The notes beneath the pieces are model-generated. The model had not been told where the DNA came from and made no database searches. It was given only the letters and a program-made list of their open reading frames with translations. A program made the translations under genes and the position numbers. DNA of 64,000 bases from an uncultured Gammaproteobacteria bacterium (GTDB lineage: Bacteria > Patescibacteriota > Microgenomatia > Levybacterales > UBA12049): contig OZ246394.1 in NCBI GenBank assembly GCA_965230895.1, positions 377,316 to 441,315 on the forward strand, read 5' to 3'. Below are positions 1-9,922 of this stretch, piece after piece (positions within the stretch are counted from its first letter, which is position 1; each line of letters begins with the position of its first letter).

Positions 1-135
1 ATGTATAAGTATGTCATGAAGAATGAAGACTATCTTAGAAACATCGGAGTTATTGGAACAGCAATTGAAGTTCCATCAGATGCTCTTTATTTTGAACGTC
101 TCATGGGTGTTACAGGTCGAGAACCGCATAAATAA
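1..135 (+). CDS. C-terminal fragment of a CDS, possibly TIGR03086-like metal-binding protein (5'-truncated by window)
   Basis: Frame 1 is open to TAA 133-135 (...GVIGTAIEVPSDALYFERLMGVTGREPHK) and resembles the typical VEVPxDA...RLLGxTGRxP C-terminus. Confidence 0.45.
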   Translation: MYKYVMKNEDYLRNIGVIGTAIEVPSDALYFERLMGVTGREPHK

Positions 136-141
136 AACTCC

Positions 142-171
142 TTGACAAATACTTGATGAGTCAAGTATACT
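142..171 (+). promoter_or_regulatory. Sigma70 promoter with palindromic operator upstream of marR
   Basis: TTGACA 142-147, TATACT 166-171; perfect inverted repeat ATACTTGA-N4-TCAAGTAT at 149-168. Confidence 0.7.
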
Positions 172-179
172 GCAAATAT

Positions 180-608
180 ATGAAAGATTTAAGTACATCC
201 CTAGCGTTTCTTTTGTCGATGGCAAAAGTACAGACTTTGCTGACTCGAAAATTTGATAGTAGTCTCGGTGGTATCAGTTATACAGAATTCATGATTCTTT
301 ATCAATTAAGTATTGCTCCAGATCAAAAGCTCAAGCGTATTGATCTAGCAAATAAAGTTGGTTTGACAGCTTCTGGTATTACTCGACTTCTTCTTCCAAT
401 GGAAAAGATAGGGTTGGTAGCAAAAGAAGTTAACGAACGAGACGCACGTGTAAGCTTTGTTCTTCTTGCTTCTGGTGGTAAAAAGAAGCTTGAAGAGGGC
501 CTGGAGCGAGCCGAACTTTTAGCTTCAGAACTTATCCCGGAATCAAAAGCAGAGAGTATTAAAGCGTTTAATCAATTACTTCAAGAAATGAAAGGCACAA
601 TTAACTAA
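180..608 (+). CDS. MarR family transcriptional regulator
   Basis: wHTH pattern DLANKVGLTASGITRLL...DARV; ATG 180 lies 8 nt after the -10 box. Confidence 0.85.
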   Translation: MKDLSTSLAFLLSMAKVQTLLTRKFDSSLGGISYTEFMILYQLSIAPDQKLKRIDLANKVGLTASGITRLLLPMEKIGLVAKEVNERDARVSFVLLASGGKKKLEEGLERAELLASELIPESKAESIKAFNQLLQEMKGTIN

Positions 609-946
609 TCCTTATTGGGAGTATTTGCCAATTCAAGCATTTTTAATTCTTCACGAGCTTTCATGGTTTTTCCGTATTCAGCTGATATCTGATTGTTTCG
701 CTCAAGGATACTTGGTCCATCTAGTTGCAGATTTGGGTCGATGACTATTTCTTCGGTAGTTTTTTTTGTTTTATCAGCTTGAAAAAAAGCATACGTTGCA
801 GCTGCGACAAGTACTACTGAGAGTCCAAAGTAAAGAAAGTTTGCGCCATCATTTAATGTGTTGAGGAAAAGATAAAATAAGTAAATTCCACCACCTAAAG
901 CAATAACTCCACCCATTGATTTAAAGAATTTCTTTTTTCGCATCAC
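605..946 (-). CDS. Hypothetical two-TM membrane protein
   Basis: 113-aa ORF with two hydrophobic segments and a TATAAT box 7 nt upstream. Confidence 0.65.
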   Translation of the reverse strand: MMRKKKFFKSMGGVIALGGGIYLFYLFLNTLNDGANFLYFGLSVVLVAAATYAFFQADKTKKTTEEIVIDPNLQLDGPSILERNNQISAEYGKTMKAREELKMLELANTPNKD

Positions 947-990
947 GTTTAAGATTATAAAAAATGGGAGGAGATTGCAATGCCTTGACC

Positions 991-1818
991 TTACACTGTA
1001 GCTTTTGCGTCTTTATTCCGGATTTGATCTTTCAGTGCATTGAGGACATCATACTTTGCAACGATATCATCAAGAAGTTCTCGTTCTGTGGCTGCAAATA
1101 TATTATCGTTCTTTCTTTTTGCTCGTTCAATTTTTTCCATCCATCCATACCATTCAGAGTTTTTTAACGCCTTAAATTCCTGCTTTTGCATTTCTATATC
1201 ATTCATTATCGTCAGTAGTATTTCTTCAAGATTATCAATGGAGCTTTCCTCATATACTGCGTTTTCTTTATCAATCTTTTCCAATTGATCATAATCCCCT
1301 TCTTGATAGGCACGATTAATTTGTTTCATGATAGCATCGCGTTTCTTTTTCTCGTCTGGATCCTGCACAAGGTCAGGATGGAATCGTGCAATCAATTTTT
1401 TCCATAACTTTTTGAGATCGAATTTATTATCATCATTTTCGTGTTCTTCGCGTTTCTGCATAATTTGTTCATCTTCATTAATTCTTTTCTGTTCGCGCTC
1501 AAACTCTACTTGCTGTGCATAAAATGTTTGTGCTAGTTCTTCAGCTGCTTGATCAAATGTCATCCCTTCTTCCATGAGCTTAAGGATATTCTTGTATCGG
1601 ATGATTTCCAAATCTAAATGATTATCTTTGAGGAATAGACTGCCCACTTTAACCATATACTCTTGCTTTGCCATTTCAAGACTTATGCGCAGAGTTTCAG
1701 TCTTAATAACGAGCTGCTCTAGGACTGCCCGTCTCTTATTAATTGCTTCAAGTAACTTTTTTCTTTTTGCTGCCTCTTTCTTTTCTGAAGCGATAATTTC
1801 AATTGCAAGTTGCGTCAT
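991..1818 (-). CDS. Coiled-coil protein with internal J-domain
   Basis: LKKLWKKLIARFHPDL...MKQINRAY J-domain with HPD motif. Confidence 0.8.
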   Translation of the reverse strand: MTQLAIEIIASEKKEAAKRKKLLEAINKRRAVLEQLVIKTETLRISLEMAKQEYMVKVGSLFLKDNHLDLEIIRYKNILKLMEEGMTFDQAAEELAQTFYAQQVEFEREQKRINEDEQIMQKREEHENDDNKFDLKKLWKKLIARFHPDLVQDPDEKKKRDAIMKQINRAYQEGDYDQLEKIDKENAVYEESSIDNLEEILLTIMNDIEMQKQEFKALKNSEWYGWMEKIERAKRKNDNIFAATERELLDDIVAKYDVLNALKDQIRNKDAKATV

Positions 1819-1865
1819 AGCGAATATGTATCATACCATACCCTGATGAGAAACATGTAAAAGGG

Positions 1866-2600
1866 CTATTGTGAAGAATATTTCAACAATTCAGAAACAG
1901 TCACGAAGGTATATCCTTTCTTTTTTAATGCAATAATGATTGGCCGAATAGCTTCTCTATCGTTTACACAAGATGCGCAAAAGGTATGAAGTAAAATTAT
2001 AGATCCTGGCCTCGTATTTTCGACAGTATAGTCTACAATAAATTTTGTTTTTTGCTCAGATGATAAATTTTGATCAATATATGTATCGGGTTCAACATCC
2101 CAAGTGACAGTTTTGATATTATGCTTAGTAAGATAATAAGGAAGTCCAAACAACTTTTTCCCATTTGGTGGACGAAAGGTTATTTCGCCTTGATACCCGG
2201 TTTCTCTAATGAGTCTATTTGTTTTTTGTATCTCTTCATCAATAAATCCTTGCGACTTTAAGTAGAATCGATCATGAGAAAATGAATGATTTCCAAGTTC
2301 CATCCCTGCATCTGCAATAGCTTTTGCTTCTTTTGGATGCTTCTCTGTTTCGGACCCAATCATGTAAAAAGTAGCTTTTACATCTTGCTGTTTTACTATC
2401 TTAAGGACTTCATTACTGTAATCGGTTGGTGCATCATCAAATGTGAGGGCAACGACTTTCTTGTCTGTCTCCACTCGTGAGGTAATTCCTCCAAAGAATT
2501 GAAACGTACGAGATTTACTTATCTCAAACAACGCATAAGCTGAGGTCAACAAAAGAAGAATACTTAGGCCAATTACGATTGCGTATTTTCTCCATCTCAT
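1866..2600 (-). CDS. Polysaccharide deacetylase (CE4/NodB)
   Basis: ALTFDDAP, GNHSFSH, FRPP, IILLH motifs; N-terminal TM. Confidence 0.9.
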   Translation of the reverse strand: MRWRKYAIVIGLSILLLLTSAYALFEISKSRTFQFFGGITSRVETDKKVVALTFDDAPTDYSNEVLKIVKQQDVKATFYMIGSETEKHPKEAKAIADAGMELGNHSFSHDRFYLKSQGFIDEEIQKTNRLIRETGYQGEITFRPPNGKKLFGLPYYLTKHNIKTVTWDVEPDTYIDQNLSSEQKTKFIVDYTVENTRPGSIILLHTFCASCVNDREAIRPIIIALKKKGYTFVTVSELLKYSSQ

Positions 2601-2664
2601 ACCATTATTATAGTAGATGAATCATACTATTGACATACTATCGCTAGTCTGTGATGCTTAAAGT

Positions 2665-2826
2665 ATGGAAAACGAAACGAATCAGCAGATGCAACCTCAA
2701 CAATCCACTGAAGAAAAGAAGGAAAGAGTTGATGAGCTCGATATCGTAGGTGGAGCTTTAGTAAAACTTGTTATGCAAGGATTTACTAAAATGAAGAACT
2801 TATTTTCTCCAAAATCTGCACAATAG
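2665..2826 (+). CDS. Small hypothetical protein (53 aa, not in ORF track)
   Basis: ATG 2665 to TAG 2826: MENETNQQMQPQQSTEEKKERVDELDIVGGALVKLVMQGFTKMKNLFSPKSAQ; TTGACA promoter-like element upstream. Confidence 0.55.
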   Translation: MENETNQQMQPQQSTEEKKERVDELDIVGGALVKLVMQGFTKMKNLFSPKSAQ

Positions 2827-2953
2827 CCTCGAATTGTAATAATTTTCACAATTTATACAATCATGATTTTGATTGATTTAGCAATCCAAACAAAGTTTTC
2901 AGCCTTGTATATTTTCTTGACATGGGTGTGAAAACATATGCTAATATATATTT

Positions 2954-3058
2954 ATATTCAGTTTTTCATGCCTGAATGATTGAATATTTACCCTAAGAGC
3001 ATTGCTTGTCGTACCTGAACTTATCATTTTGAGTAACGAAAGTGATGCTCTTTTTTTT
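2954..3058 (+). ncRNA. Candidate small structured RNA with own promoter and terminator
   Basis: TTGACA 2917-2922 and extended -10 TGcTAATAT 2939-2947; hairpin ATATTCAGT/ATTGAATAT, then 13-bp stem AAGAGCATTGCTT/AAGTGATGCTCTT ending in a T run. Confidence 0.4.
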
Positions 3059-3108
3059 ATGAAAATATCCATCTACAAATGCTTCAGTCTTTGCTATAAT
3101 TTTAATAC

Positions 3109-3771
3109 ATGAACAAAGCCTTTATTTTCGATATGGATGGTGTACTTGTTGCAAGTGAACATCTATGGCATCAATATCTTGAAGAAGTCTGGCCAAATTT
3201 GGTTGGTGAAGACGTCGCAAAGGTATTTCGTGTCCCCGTCGGTCAAACACCCCTTAGTATCCATGCTGAAGCAGTTAAACACGGATCTCAAGTCTCACAA
3301 GATGTATTTTTAAAAAAGTTCGATGAGATAGCCCAAAGAGTCTACAAAGAATCACTTTATACACACGGTGTAGAAGAGCTCGGCGAATATCTTCTTAAGA
3401 AGAATTATAAAATGGGTGTTGTTTCATCTTCTCCAAAGGCATGGATGGATATTGTATTGAAAGGACTTTCATTTGGAGACAAAATTGAAGCAGTAATTTC
3501 TATAAACGATAATTCAGAGCTTAAGCCAAAACCTCATCCGGGAAGTTATATTGAAGCGATTGATAAACTACAAGCTGCATCTGAAACGACAATTGTTCTT
3601 GAGGATTCAAACTCAGGTATTCAAGCTGCAAAAGCAGCAGGAGTTTATACAATTGGATTAACAACAAACCTGCTTCCTGAATATACACAGCATGGTGCAG
3701 ATATTTATGCGAATTCTACAGAAGATATTATGAGAATCGTTGAAGAATTTGATAGAAATATAACCGCTTAA
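3109..3771 (+). CDS. HAD family phosphatase (beta-PGM-like, HAD-IA)
   Basis: FDMDGV, KPHP and EDSNSGIQAAKAAG motifs. Confidence 0.9.
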   Translation: MNKAFIFDMDGVLVASEHLWHQYLEEVWPNLVGEDVAKVFRVPVGQTPLSIHAEAVKHGSQVSQDVFLKKFDEIAQRVYKESLYTHGVEELGEYLLKKNYKMGVVSSSPKAWMDIVLKGLSFGDKIEAVISINDNSELKPKPHPGSYIEAIDKLQAASETTIVLEDSNSGIQAAKAAGVYTIGLTTNLLPEYTQHGADIYANSTEDIMRIVEEFDRNITA

Positions 3772-4544
3772 TCGTTTAATTTCAAAGCTTCTGAAAGTTT
3801 ATACTCCCCTACCTGCGTTCTTAGAATATCCAAAGCAATAGCACCAGTTCCCAATTGTTCACCTAATTCATGTGCTAAACCTCGAATATACGTTCCACTT
3901 GAGCATGCAATTCGAAATTTTATTACTTGGAAACTCTCCTTGTCTGTCTGTCTTAAAAATTTCGTCCACGATTTGCGTATATCTTCTTGCCTGAAGTCTC
4001 CATTTACTAAGCTAATTTGCTTCAGAACTCTCTTCTCTAAGTCCTCCTTGGTTATCGTTGTATTTTTTACTATTTGGAAGTCAGTTATTGCAATGCTTCG
4101 CTCCGGGATTTGTATTTCTGATAACCTTCCTTCCTTCGCCCATTGAAATAAGGGCTTTCCATTGACGGTTTTTGATGAAAAAGGCGGATATTGTTGTTTC
4201 GTTTTATTCAGAGCTTCCATTACAAAAGAGTTTACAATAATGTTTACGTATTTAATATCTAAGTGAATTTGCTTTAGCTTCACAAGACCAAGCATGTCAT
4301 AGGTGTCAGTAGATACGCCAAGAAGCACTTCAAATTCATACACCTTTGACAAACCAATATATGTATTTTTATCCGCAATTGCTTCATCTACAACAAGAAG
4401 TAACACTCCATGAGCAAGCGGATCTAATCTGCCTGCATAGGTTATAGGAAGATTTTTATACTTATTGTTTTGCTTTTTAAGGAGCTTAATCGTTTCAAGA
4501 GGTGTAGCTCCAAGAGGTTTATAAATGTTTACGACTGTATGCAT
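3768..4544 (-). CDS. truB: tRNA pseudouridine(55) synthase TruB
   Basis: YKPLG, YAGRLDPLAHGVL, STDTYD, PPFSS, CSSGTYIR; start reassigned to ATG 4544. Confidence 0.9.
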   Translation of the reverse strand: MHTVVNIYKPLGATPLETIKLLKKQNNKYKNLPITYAGRLDPLAHGVLLLVVDEAIADKNTYIGLSKVYEFEVLLGVSTDTYDMLGLVKLKQIHLDIKYVNIIVNSFVMEALNKTKQQYPPFSSKTVNGKPLFQWAKEGRLSEIQIPERSIAITDFQIVKNTTITKEDLEKRVLKQISLVNGDFRQEDIRKSWTKFLRQTDKESFQVIKFRIACSSGTYIRGLAHELGEQLGTGAIALDILRTQVGEYKLSEALKLND

Positions 4545-4545
4545 G

Positions 4546-5130
4546 TTAGTTATCCTCGATATAATACCGGATTTCGCCTTTTGATGGTTCAAGGAGGTTG
4601 TAGAGATATGTAATATCTTCATCACTGTGGCGTATACATCCAGAGCTACCAGGATCTTGATCTGTTAGTCTTTCAGGTACTCCTGCAACTCCATGTAATC
4701 CGAAATCACCTGGTCGTACCCAATCGCATTGGCCATTACACTCAAGATATGGTGATGGTCCATAGGGAGGAACGCTAGGAGCGGGTACATCAAGTGTTAT
4801 AAAATACGGTGCTGTTTCTGGATTGTTTGGCTCAGGCTGCTTTTTTGTGATAATCCAATATTCTCTGTTAAGCAATTGTGGCAGTGGTGTCGGGCGTTCA
4901 CCTGGCCTTCCCGTTTTTACCACAAACGTTTTCTTCATTTCACTTTGCTCTTTATTTCCAGGTACTCCTAAATACAATACTTCTCTTTGTGATTGGCGAT
5001 GCAGTACAAACCAATATGCTTTAGGTTGAGGTTGTTCTTGTTTGGCGAAGAATGTGGGGATGTGGGCAAGAAAAAGAAATATACTTACCACAATAAAAAG
5101 GAGGACAACGATTGAAAAGATGCGTTTCAT
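4546..5130 (-). CDS. L,D-transpeptidase (YkuD) family protein
   Basis: TG...PTP and GLHG...SSGCIR catalytic motif; N-terminal TM. Confidence 0.8.
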   Translation of the reverse strand: MKRIFSIVVLLFIVVSIFLFLAHIPTFFAKQEQPQPKAYWFVLHRQSQREVLYLGVPGNKEQSEMKKTFVVKTGRPGERPTPLPQLLNREYWIITKKQPEPNNPETAPYFITLDVPAPSVPPYGPSPYLECNGQCDWVRPGDFGLHGVAGVPERLTDQDPGSSGCIRHSDEDITYLYNLLEPSKGEIRYYIEDN

Positions 5131-5134
5131 GCGA

Positions 5135-6232
5135 CTACAGTGTTTCTAATGCCTTTTTTGCAGGTTCAAAGTTAGAATTATAGTAGACTGCCTGCTCAAA
5201 TTCACTTCGTGCAGCCTCTTTATTTCCTTCATTCAAATAGATCTCTCCCCGCAATTGATAGAGTTCGGAATATGCTTTATTACCATTATTTAAAATGCCT
5301 TCAGCAATTGTCAAAATTCTATCGTATTTTCCTTCTTGCATGTACGCATATAGTGGCTCATATACATACCAAAGGATTCTATCAGGCAATTGATCTTTAA
5401 TTTTGTCGTAAGACTCTACAGAATTTTTCGAATCACCTAGGTGATAGTACGCAGTAGATTTATTAAATTCGGCGTAAAAGTCATTTGAATCTTTTTCTAA
5501 ATCTTCGTTTGCACGTTTGAGAGCATTTTGATACGCTACTTTCTCATCCATATTTTCTCCAAGAATTGCACTGACTGTTGCTTCTTTTTCTTTTGGATAG
5601 ACAAGGATATAACTATAGTTAAATGGCTTCCACATTTCTTCGACCTGCTGGTATGAATATGTTAAACCCTGACCTTGATACGAATCATCTTGAGTAAAAG
5701 TTTGTGCTGCATCATCATATCCTTTAATAATTCGATAATGGCCGACATCCTCTCCTGGATTTAACCATGTACGAACCACGACCGGAATATCATTTGCAAT
5801 CAATTTCTTCAATGTTTCAATATCACCATTTGGTCGATAGATTGATTCAAAGCCATATGATTTTGCTGTTGTGACGAATTCTGTCGGGAAGACTGATTTA
5901 TCATCATCTCCACCATAAGGAAAATTGTATGGGCGCATTTTACTCGCTAATTCTTCTTGGGAGATATCGAGATTATATGAAGCAAAAACCATCGACATTG
6001 CCGCTGGACCGCAGTTGTTATATGATTGCGATACAAATTTTGTTGCAGGAAGATAATAGGACTCAGGAGGCTGAACAATATCAACTGGTTCAACGTCAAT
6101 CTGATCCTCATGCATAACTTGCTGAAGTGTTGTCAAAAGCACAGGCTTCGATTGTTGCTCGTGAGGTGTTGGCAGAACTCCTACTTGCATTGAAACAAGC
6201 GCGGAAAACATAAGTACAGGTACGATATTCAT
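5135..6232 (-). CDS. C39-like cysteine peptidase with C-terminal TPR
   Basis: QSYNNCGPA, GHYRIIKGYD and QDDSY; TPR-like helices; signal peptide. Confidence 0.8.
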   Translation of the reverse strand: MNIVPVLMFSALVSMQVGVLPTPHEQQSKPVLLTTLQQVMHEDQIDVEPVDIVQPPESYYLPATKFVSQSYNNCGPAAMSMVFASYNLDISQEELASKMRPYNFPYGGDDDKSVFPTEFVTTAKSYGFESIYRPNGDIETLKKLIANDIPVVVRTWLNPGEDVGHYRIIKGYDDAAQTFTQDDSYQGQGLTYSYQQVEEMWKPFNYSYILVYPKEKEATVSAILGENMDEKVAYQNALKRANEDLEKDSNDFYAEFNKSTAYYHLGDSKNSVESYDKIKDQLPDRILWYVYEPLYAYMQEGKYDRILTIAEGILNNGNKAYSELYQLRGEIYLNEGNKEAARSEFEQAVYYNSNFEPAKKALETL

Positions 6233-6273
6233 AGAGGCTCTATTGTAATACAGAAATGAAAAAAATACAAAAA

Positions 6274-7407
6274 CTATTTTTGCTTTAAAGGAAGTTCAAG
6301 AATAAAGCTTGCACCATTATTCAGTTTACTTTCTACAGTGATTCGACCGTTGTGTGCTTGAGCAATTTGATTTGTGATATACAAACCTACACCCAAACCT
6401 TGATAATCCTTCGACGAAACAGCTCGTTCAAATCTTTCAAATATCCTTTTCTGCTGATCATTTGATATACCAATTCCATGATCTTGTACGATTAATTTTG
6501 CTTTGTCGTGTGAATGAGTAACTTTTACAATGATTGGTTTATTGCCACCATATTTAATTGCATTTGAGATAAGGTTCGTTATAGCTTGTGTAATACGGAC
6601 TTTATCCCAAAGACCAATTACCGGTTTCTCAGCTAAGACTTCAATTGTATTATTTTCTTTACGTAACTTCTCGGAGAAATTCTCTGCAACATCTTTAGCT
6701 GTGGCACTCAAATCCATTTCCTCTGGTTCAAGATCCATTTTGCCAGTTGTTATTAATGATAAATTCAAAAGATCATTGACCATTTTTGATAAACGCTGGC
6801 TTTGTTGTTCAGTTCCCTCTAGCATCTTTAATAGATTGGCAACTGAGAAATTTGCGAGGGAAACATTACGGATATTGTGAATTGCTGATTGTACCTGTAA
6901 AAGCATCGAAGTAACTGGAGTTTTTAGTTCATGAGATGCAATTGCGAGGAATTGGTCACGTGCTTTAATTTCTTTTTGCGCAGTTTCATAATTCTTTTCT
7001 AGAGTTTCAATAAGATGCGTGTTTTGTCGAATTTTCTTTTGGTATTCAGTGATAACTTCCTGATTCTTTGCTTTATCTATAAGAGCACTTCCTATAATCC
7101 CAGCAATAAAAAGGAGCGTTAATTCAATCAATAAATCTATATCTGGGATAACGAGTGGACGAGCTAAAGGTAGAAAAATTATAACCACAATACTTGTAAT
7201 ACTGATAAGTGTTGTTATGATTCCTGCTGTAAAACCAGCAAACCAGGTAACAAAGAGAATCGTTGGAATGAATAAGAGCAAAGGAGAAATATTTGGGAAA
7301 AAGGTCAGGAGTAAAACAACAATCATTATTGTCGCTAAATTTATTCCAAGATAACTCAAGGTTATAATGAAAGCCGATGGAGGCGAAGTCTTAAGAAATC
7401 CTCTCAT
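6274..7407 (-). CDS. Membrane sensor histidine kinase
   Basis: H-box ASHELKTP, N-box NLISNAIKY, G1 DHGIGI, G2 GLGVGL. Confidence 0.95.
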   Translation of the reverse strand: MRGFLKTSPPSAFIITLSYLGINLATIMIVVLLLTFFPNISPLLLFIPTILFVTWFAGFTAGIITTLISITSIVVIIFLPLARPLVIPDIDLLIELTLLFIAGIIGSALIDKAKNQEVITEYQKKIRQNTHLIETLEKNYETAQKEIKARDQFLAIASHELKTPVTSMLLQVQSAIHNIRNVSLANFSVANLLKMLEGTEQQSQRLSKMVNDLLNLSLITTGKMDLEPEEMDLSATAKDVAENFSEKLRKENNTIEVLAEKPVIGLWDKVRITQAITNLISNAIKYGGNKPIIVKVTHSHDKAKLIVQDHGIGISNDQQKRIFERFERAVSSKDYQGLGVGLYITNQIAQAHNGRITVESKLNNGASFILELPLKQK

Positions 7408-7430
7408 AAGTCGGGTTAATTATAAATGAT

Positions 7431-8333
7431 TCAGGCATTAAATGAAACCGCTTTGCCTCTTCTTTTGAGTTTTTTGAAAAAAGAAAAGAACTTACCTCGT
7501 CGAGTCTGATGATATTGCCATTCTTTAATTGCCTTTTTTATCTGCGGTATTGCTTCTTCTGTAACCCGTTCTCCTTCTTCAATTATCTTTTTGGTTTTCG
7601 CACTATCGAAAAAGAAGCTCCAACCGATAAAACCAGTTTTATATAAATCTCTTGGCGATATGATAACATCAGCATTCTTTACTGAATGTCTTGCAAGATT
7701 ATGTCTAAGAATATTGATCGAATGCACAGGTACTTTAGACAGTGCAGGCATTTCTTCAAGAAGCTTCTCGAGATAAAATGTATCAAGATTTATTGCAATA
7801 GTAACATCTGCACCCATTGAAGTTATCACGTCCACAGGTACAGGATTAGAAAGACCGCCATCGGCAAGAATTCTTCCTTTATAAAGGAGCGGTTGATAAA
7901 ATGCGGGCACGGAAGCACTTGCACGAACAGCTTTTACGAGGTTTCCTTCTCTTAAAATTAATGACTCAGCAGTGTTTATATCCGTAGCTACCGCCGCGAA
8001 TGGTATTTTTAATGTGTCGAATTTTGCGTCTTCAAGTATTTCAGCAAGAAATTTTTCAGTCTTAATCCCCTTAAACAAACCTCCTTTAACGGTAAAGTCA
8101 ATTAATGTAAATCCACTTCGTTTACTAAAATTGAGAATAGTATCTTCAAGTTTTTTGACATCACCATGTGAAGCATATAGAGAACCGATTATCGCGCCAA
8201 TGCTTGTGCCTGCAATGTAATCAATCGGTATAGTATGTTTATTGAGTACTTTCAATACGCCAATATGTGCAATTCCTTTTGCACCTCCGCTGCCTAAAGC
8301 AATGCCAATTTTAGGGAACTTATTTCCTGACAT
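7431..8333 (-). CDS. Patatin-like phospholipase (RssA-like)
   Basis: GSGGAKG, GTSIG and DGG motifs. Confidence 0.92.
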   Translation of the reverse strand: MSGNKFPKIGIALGSGGAKGIAHIGVLKVLNKHTIPIDYIAGTSIGAIIGSLYASHGDVKKLEDTILNFSKRSGFTLIDFTVKGGLFKGIKTEKFLAEILEDAKFDTLKIPFAAVATDINTAESLILREGNLVKAVRASASVPAFYQPLLYKGRILADGGLSNPVPVDVITSMGADVTIAINLDTFYLEKLLEEMPALSKVPVHSINILRHNLARHSVKNADVIISPRDLYKTGFIGWSFFFDSAKTKKIIEEGERVTEEAIPQIKKAIKEWQYHQTRRGKFFSFFKKLKRRGKAVSFNA

Positions 8334-8390
8334 ATACTTATTATACTCTTAAAAAATATGTTTGTGCTTTGTATAAAGAAAAAGTCAAGT

Positions 8391-8419
8391 TTGACTATAG
8401 GATTATTAATAGGTATAAT
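8391..8419 (+). promoter_or_regulatory. Sigma70 promoter of leaderless DEAD-box gene
   Basis: TTGACT-17nt-TATAAT, 6 nt before ATG 8426. Confidence 0.7.
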
Positions 8420-8425
8420 GAATCT

Positions 8426-9643
8426 ATGTTCAAGAAAAATCGTTCAACAAATTTTAGAAAAGGCCGAAATAGCGGTTCAAATCAACATGCACAAAATTCA
8501 TCTCCATCAAAGAGGTTCAGTACTGCTCGAAGAAAAAAGCAAATTAAAAAGCTTGATGAAACACTTTTCATAAAAACAGCGCTCGCTAAAGAAGAAAAAA
8601 CAGTAGTCTCAGATGCAAAATTTACTGATTTTGCCCTGGATGAGAAGCTTCAGAGAAATATCCAAGATAATGGATATGAAACTCCCACTCCTATTCAAGA
8701 ACAATCCATTCCTTTTATTCTTGAAGGTAGAGATGTTATCGGTATTGCGAATACAGGCACTGGAAAAACTGCCGCGTTTTTAATTCCTTTAGTAAATAAA
8801 GCGCACCTTGATCATAATCAGCGAATTATTATTGTTACTCCAACTCGTGAATTGGCGAAACAAATTGCAGATGAATTGCATAAATTTATCAAAGGCATGG
8901 ATCTTGGTGTTGTTTTGTGTATTGGTGGATCTGATATGGATCGACAGGTAAAAAAACTCAAGCACAATCCTCATTTTGTTATTGGAACACCGGGGAGATT
9001 GAAAGATCTTATCGACAGAAACAAAATTAATCTTGGATTATTCCGGAATATTGTCCTCGATGAAGTTGATAAGATGGTTGATATCGGATTTATCAATGAT
9101 ATCAATTACTTTATCTCGTTATTGCCTGAAAAGAGACATTCACTCTTCTTTTCTGCAACCATTACTGATAAAGTAAAAAGTATCCTTAATAACTTTGTAA
9201 CCGATCCCAAAACAATTTCAATTAAAAAGCAAGAAACTTCAGAGAACATCGATCAAGATGTGGTACGTGTTAAAAACGGCAATAAGATAGATATGCTTCA
9301 TGATTTACTCGTAACAGAAGGATTCGATAAAGTCCTTATTTTCGGGAGAACAAAATGGGGTATCGAAAAACTCATGAAATCTTTGCAAGAACGAGGATTC
9401 AAAACAGCAACAATTCATGGAAATAAGACACAAGGCCAAAGACAGCGAGCCCTTGACCAATTCAAGCAAGATCAGGTTCGTATCCTGCTTGCAACGGATG
9501 TAGCGTCAAGAGGTTTAGATATAGAAAATGTTACTCACGTTATTAATTATGATGCGCCTGAATCCTATGATGATTACATCCATAGAATAGGCCGTACAGG
9601 TCGTGCTGGCAAGAAAGGGACAGCGCTTACTTTTGTAGAATAA
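8426..9643 (+). CDS. DEAD/DEAH-box RNA helicase
   Basis: Q motif PTPIQ, ANTGTGKT, PTRELA, DEVD, SAT, HRIGRTGRAG; start reassigned. Confidence 0.95.
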   Translation: MFKKNRSTNFRKGRNSGSNQHAQNSSPSKRFSTARRKKQIKKLDETLFIKTALAKEEKTVVSDAKFTDFALDEKLQRNIQDNGYETPTPIQEQSIPFILEGRDVIGIANTGTGKTAAFLIPLVNKAHLDHNQRIIIVTPTRELAKQIADELHKFIKGMDLGVVLCIGGSDMDRQVKKLKHNPHFVIGTPGRLKDLIDRNKINLGLFRNIVLDEVDKMVDIGFINDINYFISLLPEKRHSLFFSATITDKVKSILNNFVTDPKTISIKKQETSENIDQDVVRVKNGNKIDMLHDLLVTEGFDKVLIFGRTKWGIEKLMKSLQERGFKTATIHGNKTQGQRQRALDQFKQDQVRILLATDVASRGLDIENVTHVINYDAPESYDDYIHRIGRTGRAGKKGTALTFVE

Positions 9644-9646
9644 TAT

Positions 9647-9919
9647 ATGAATACTCCAAATCGAATTATTAATCCGTGCACTCGATGCGGTAAAGAGAGA
9701 ATACTTTTTAAGAGCTGGGATGAAGAAATCCCTACTTTTGGAAATACGACAATGAAGGTTACAAGATCTCTTAATGTTTGCCCGGATCCAGAATGCCAAA
9801 AAATTGTTGCTGCAGGATTGGATGCTGAGAAAAAGAAACGTGACAAGATTAAGGCAGATAGAGAAGAAAAACTACGTGAACGAATGAAAGGCAAAAACGG
9901 AGTAAAAGAAGAGAAATAG
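9647..9919 (+). CDS. Small zinc-ribbon protein
   Basis: CTRC ... CPDPEC cysteine pairs and a basic helical tail. Confidence 0.65.
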   Translation: MNTPNRIINPCTRCGKERILFKSWDEEIPTFGNTTMKVTRSLNVCPDPECQKIVAAGLDAEKKKRDKIKADREEKLRERMKGKNGVKEEK

Positions 9920-9922
9920 TCT

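Noticed and set aside
5135-6232. C39 peptidase as a FapD-like component of the repeat-protein system
   Set aside because: It lies 17 kb away in an operon with the L,D-transpeptidase and truB, with no linkage evidence
6274-7407. Orphan histidine kinase as regulator of the glycan island
   Set aside because: No response regulator or positional link in the window; untestable from this sequence
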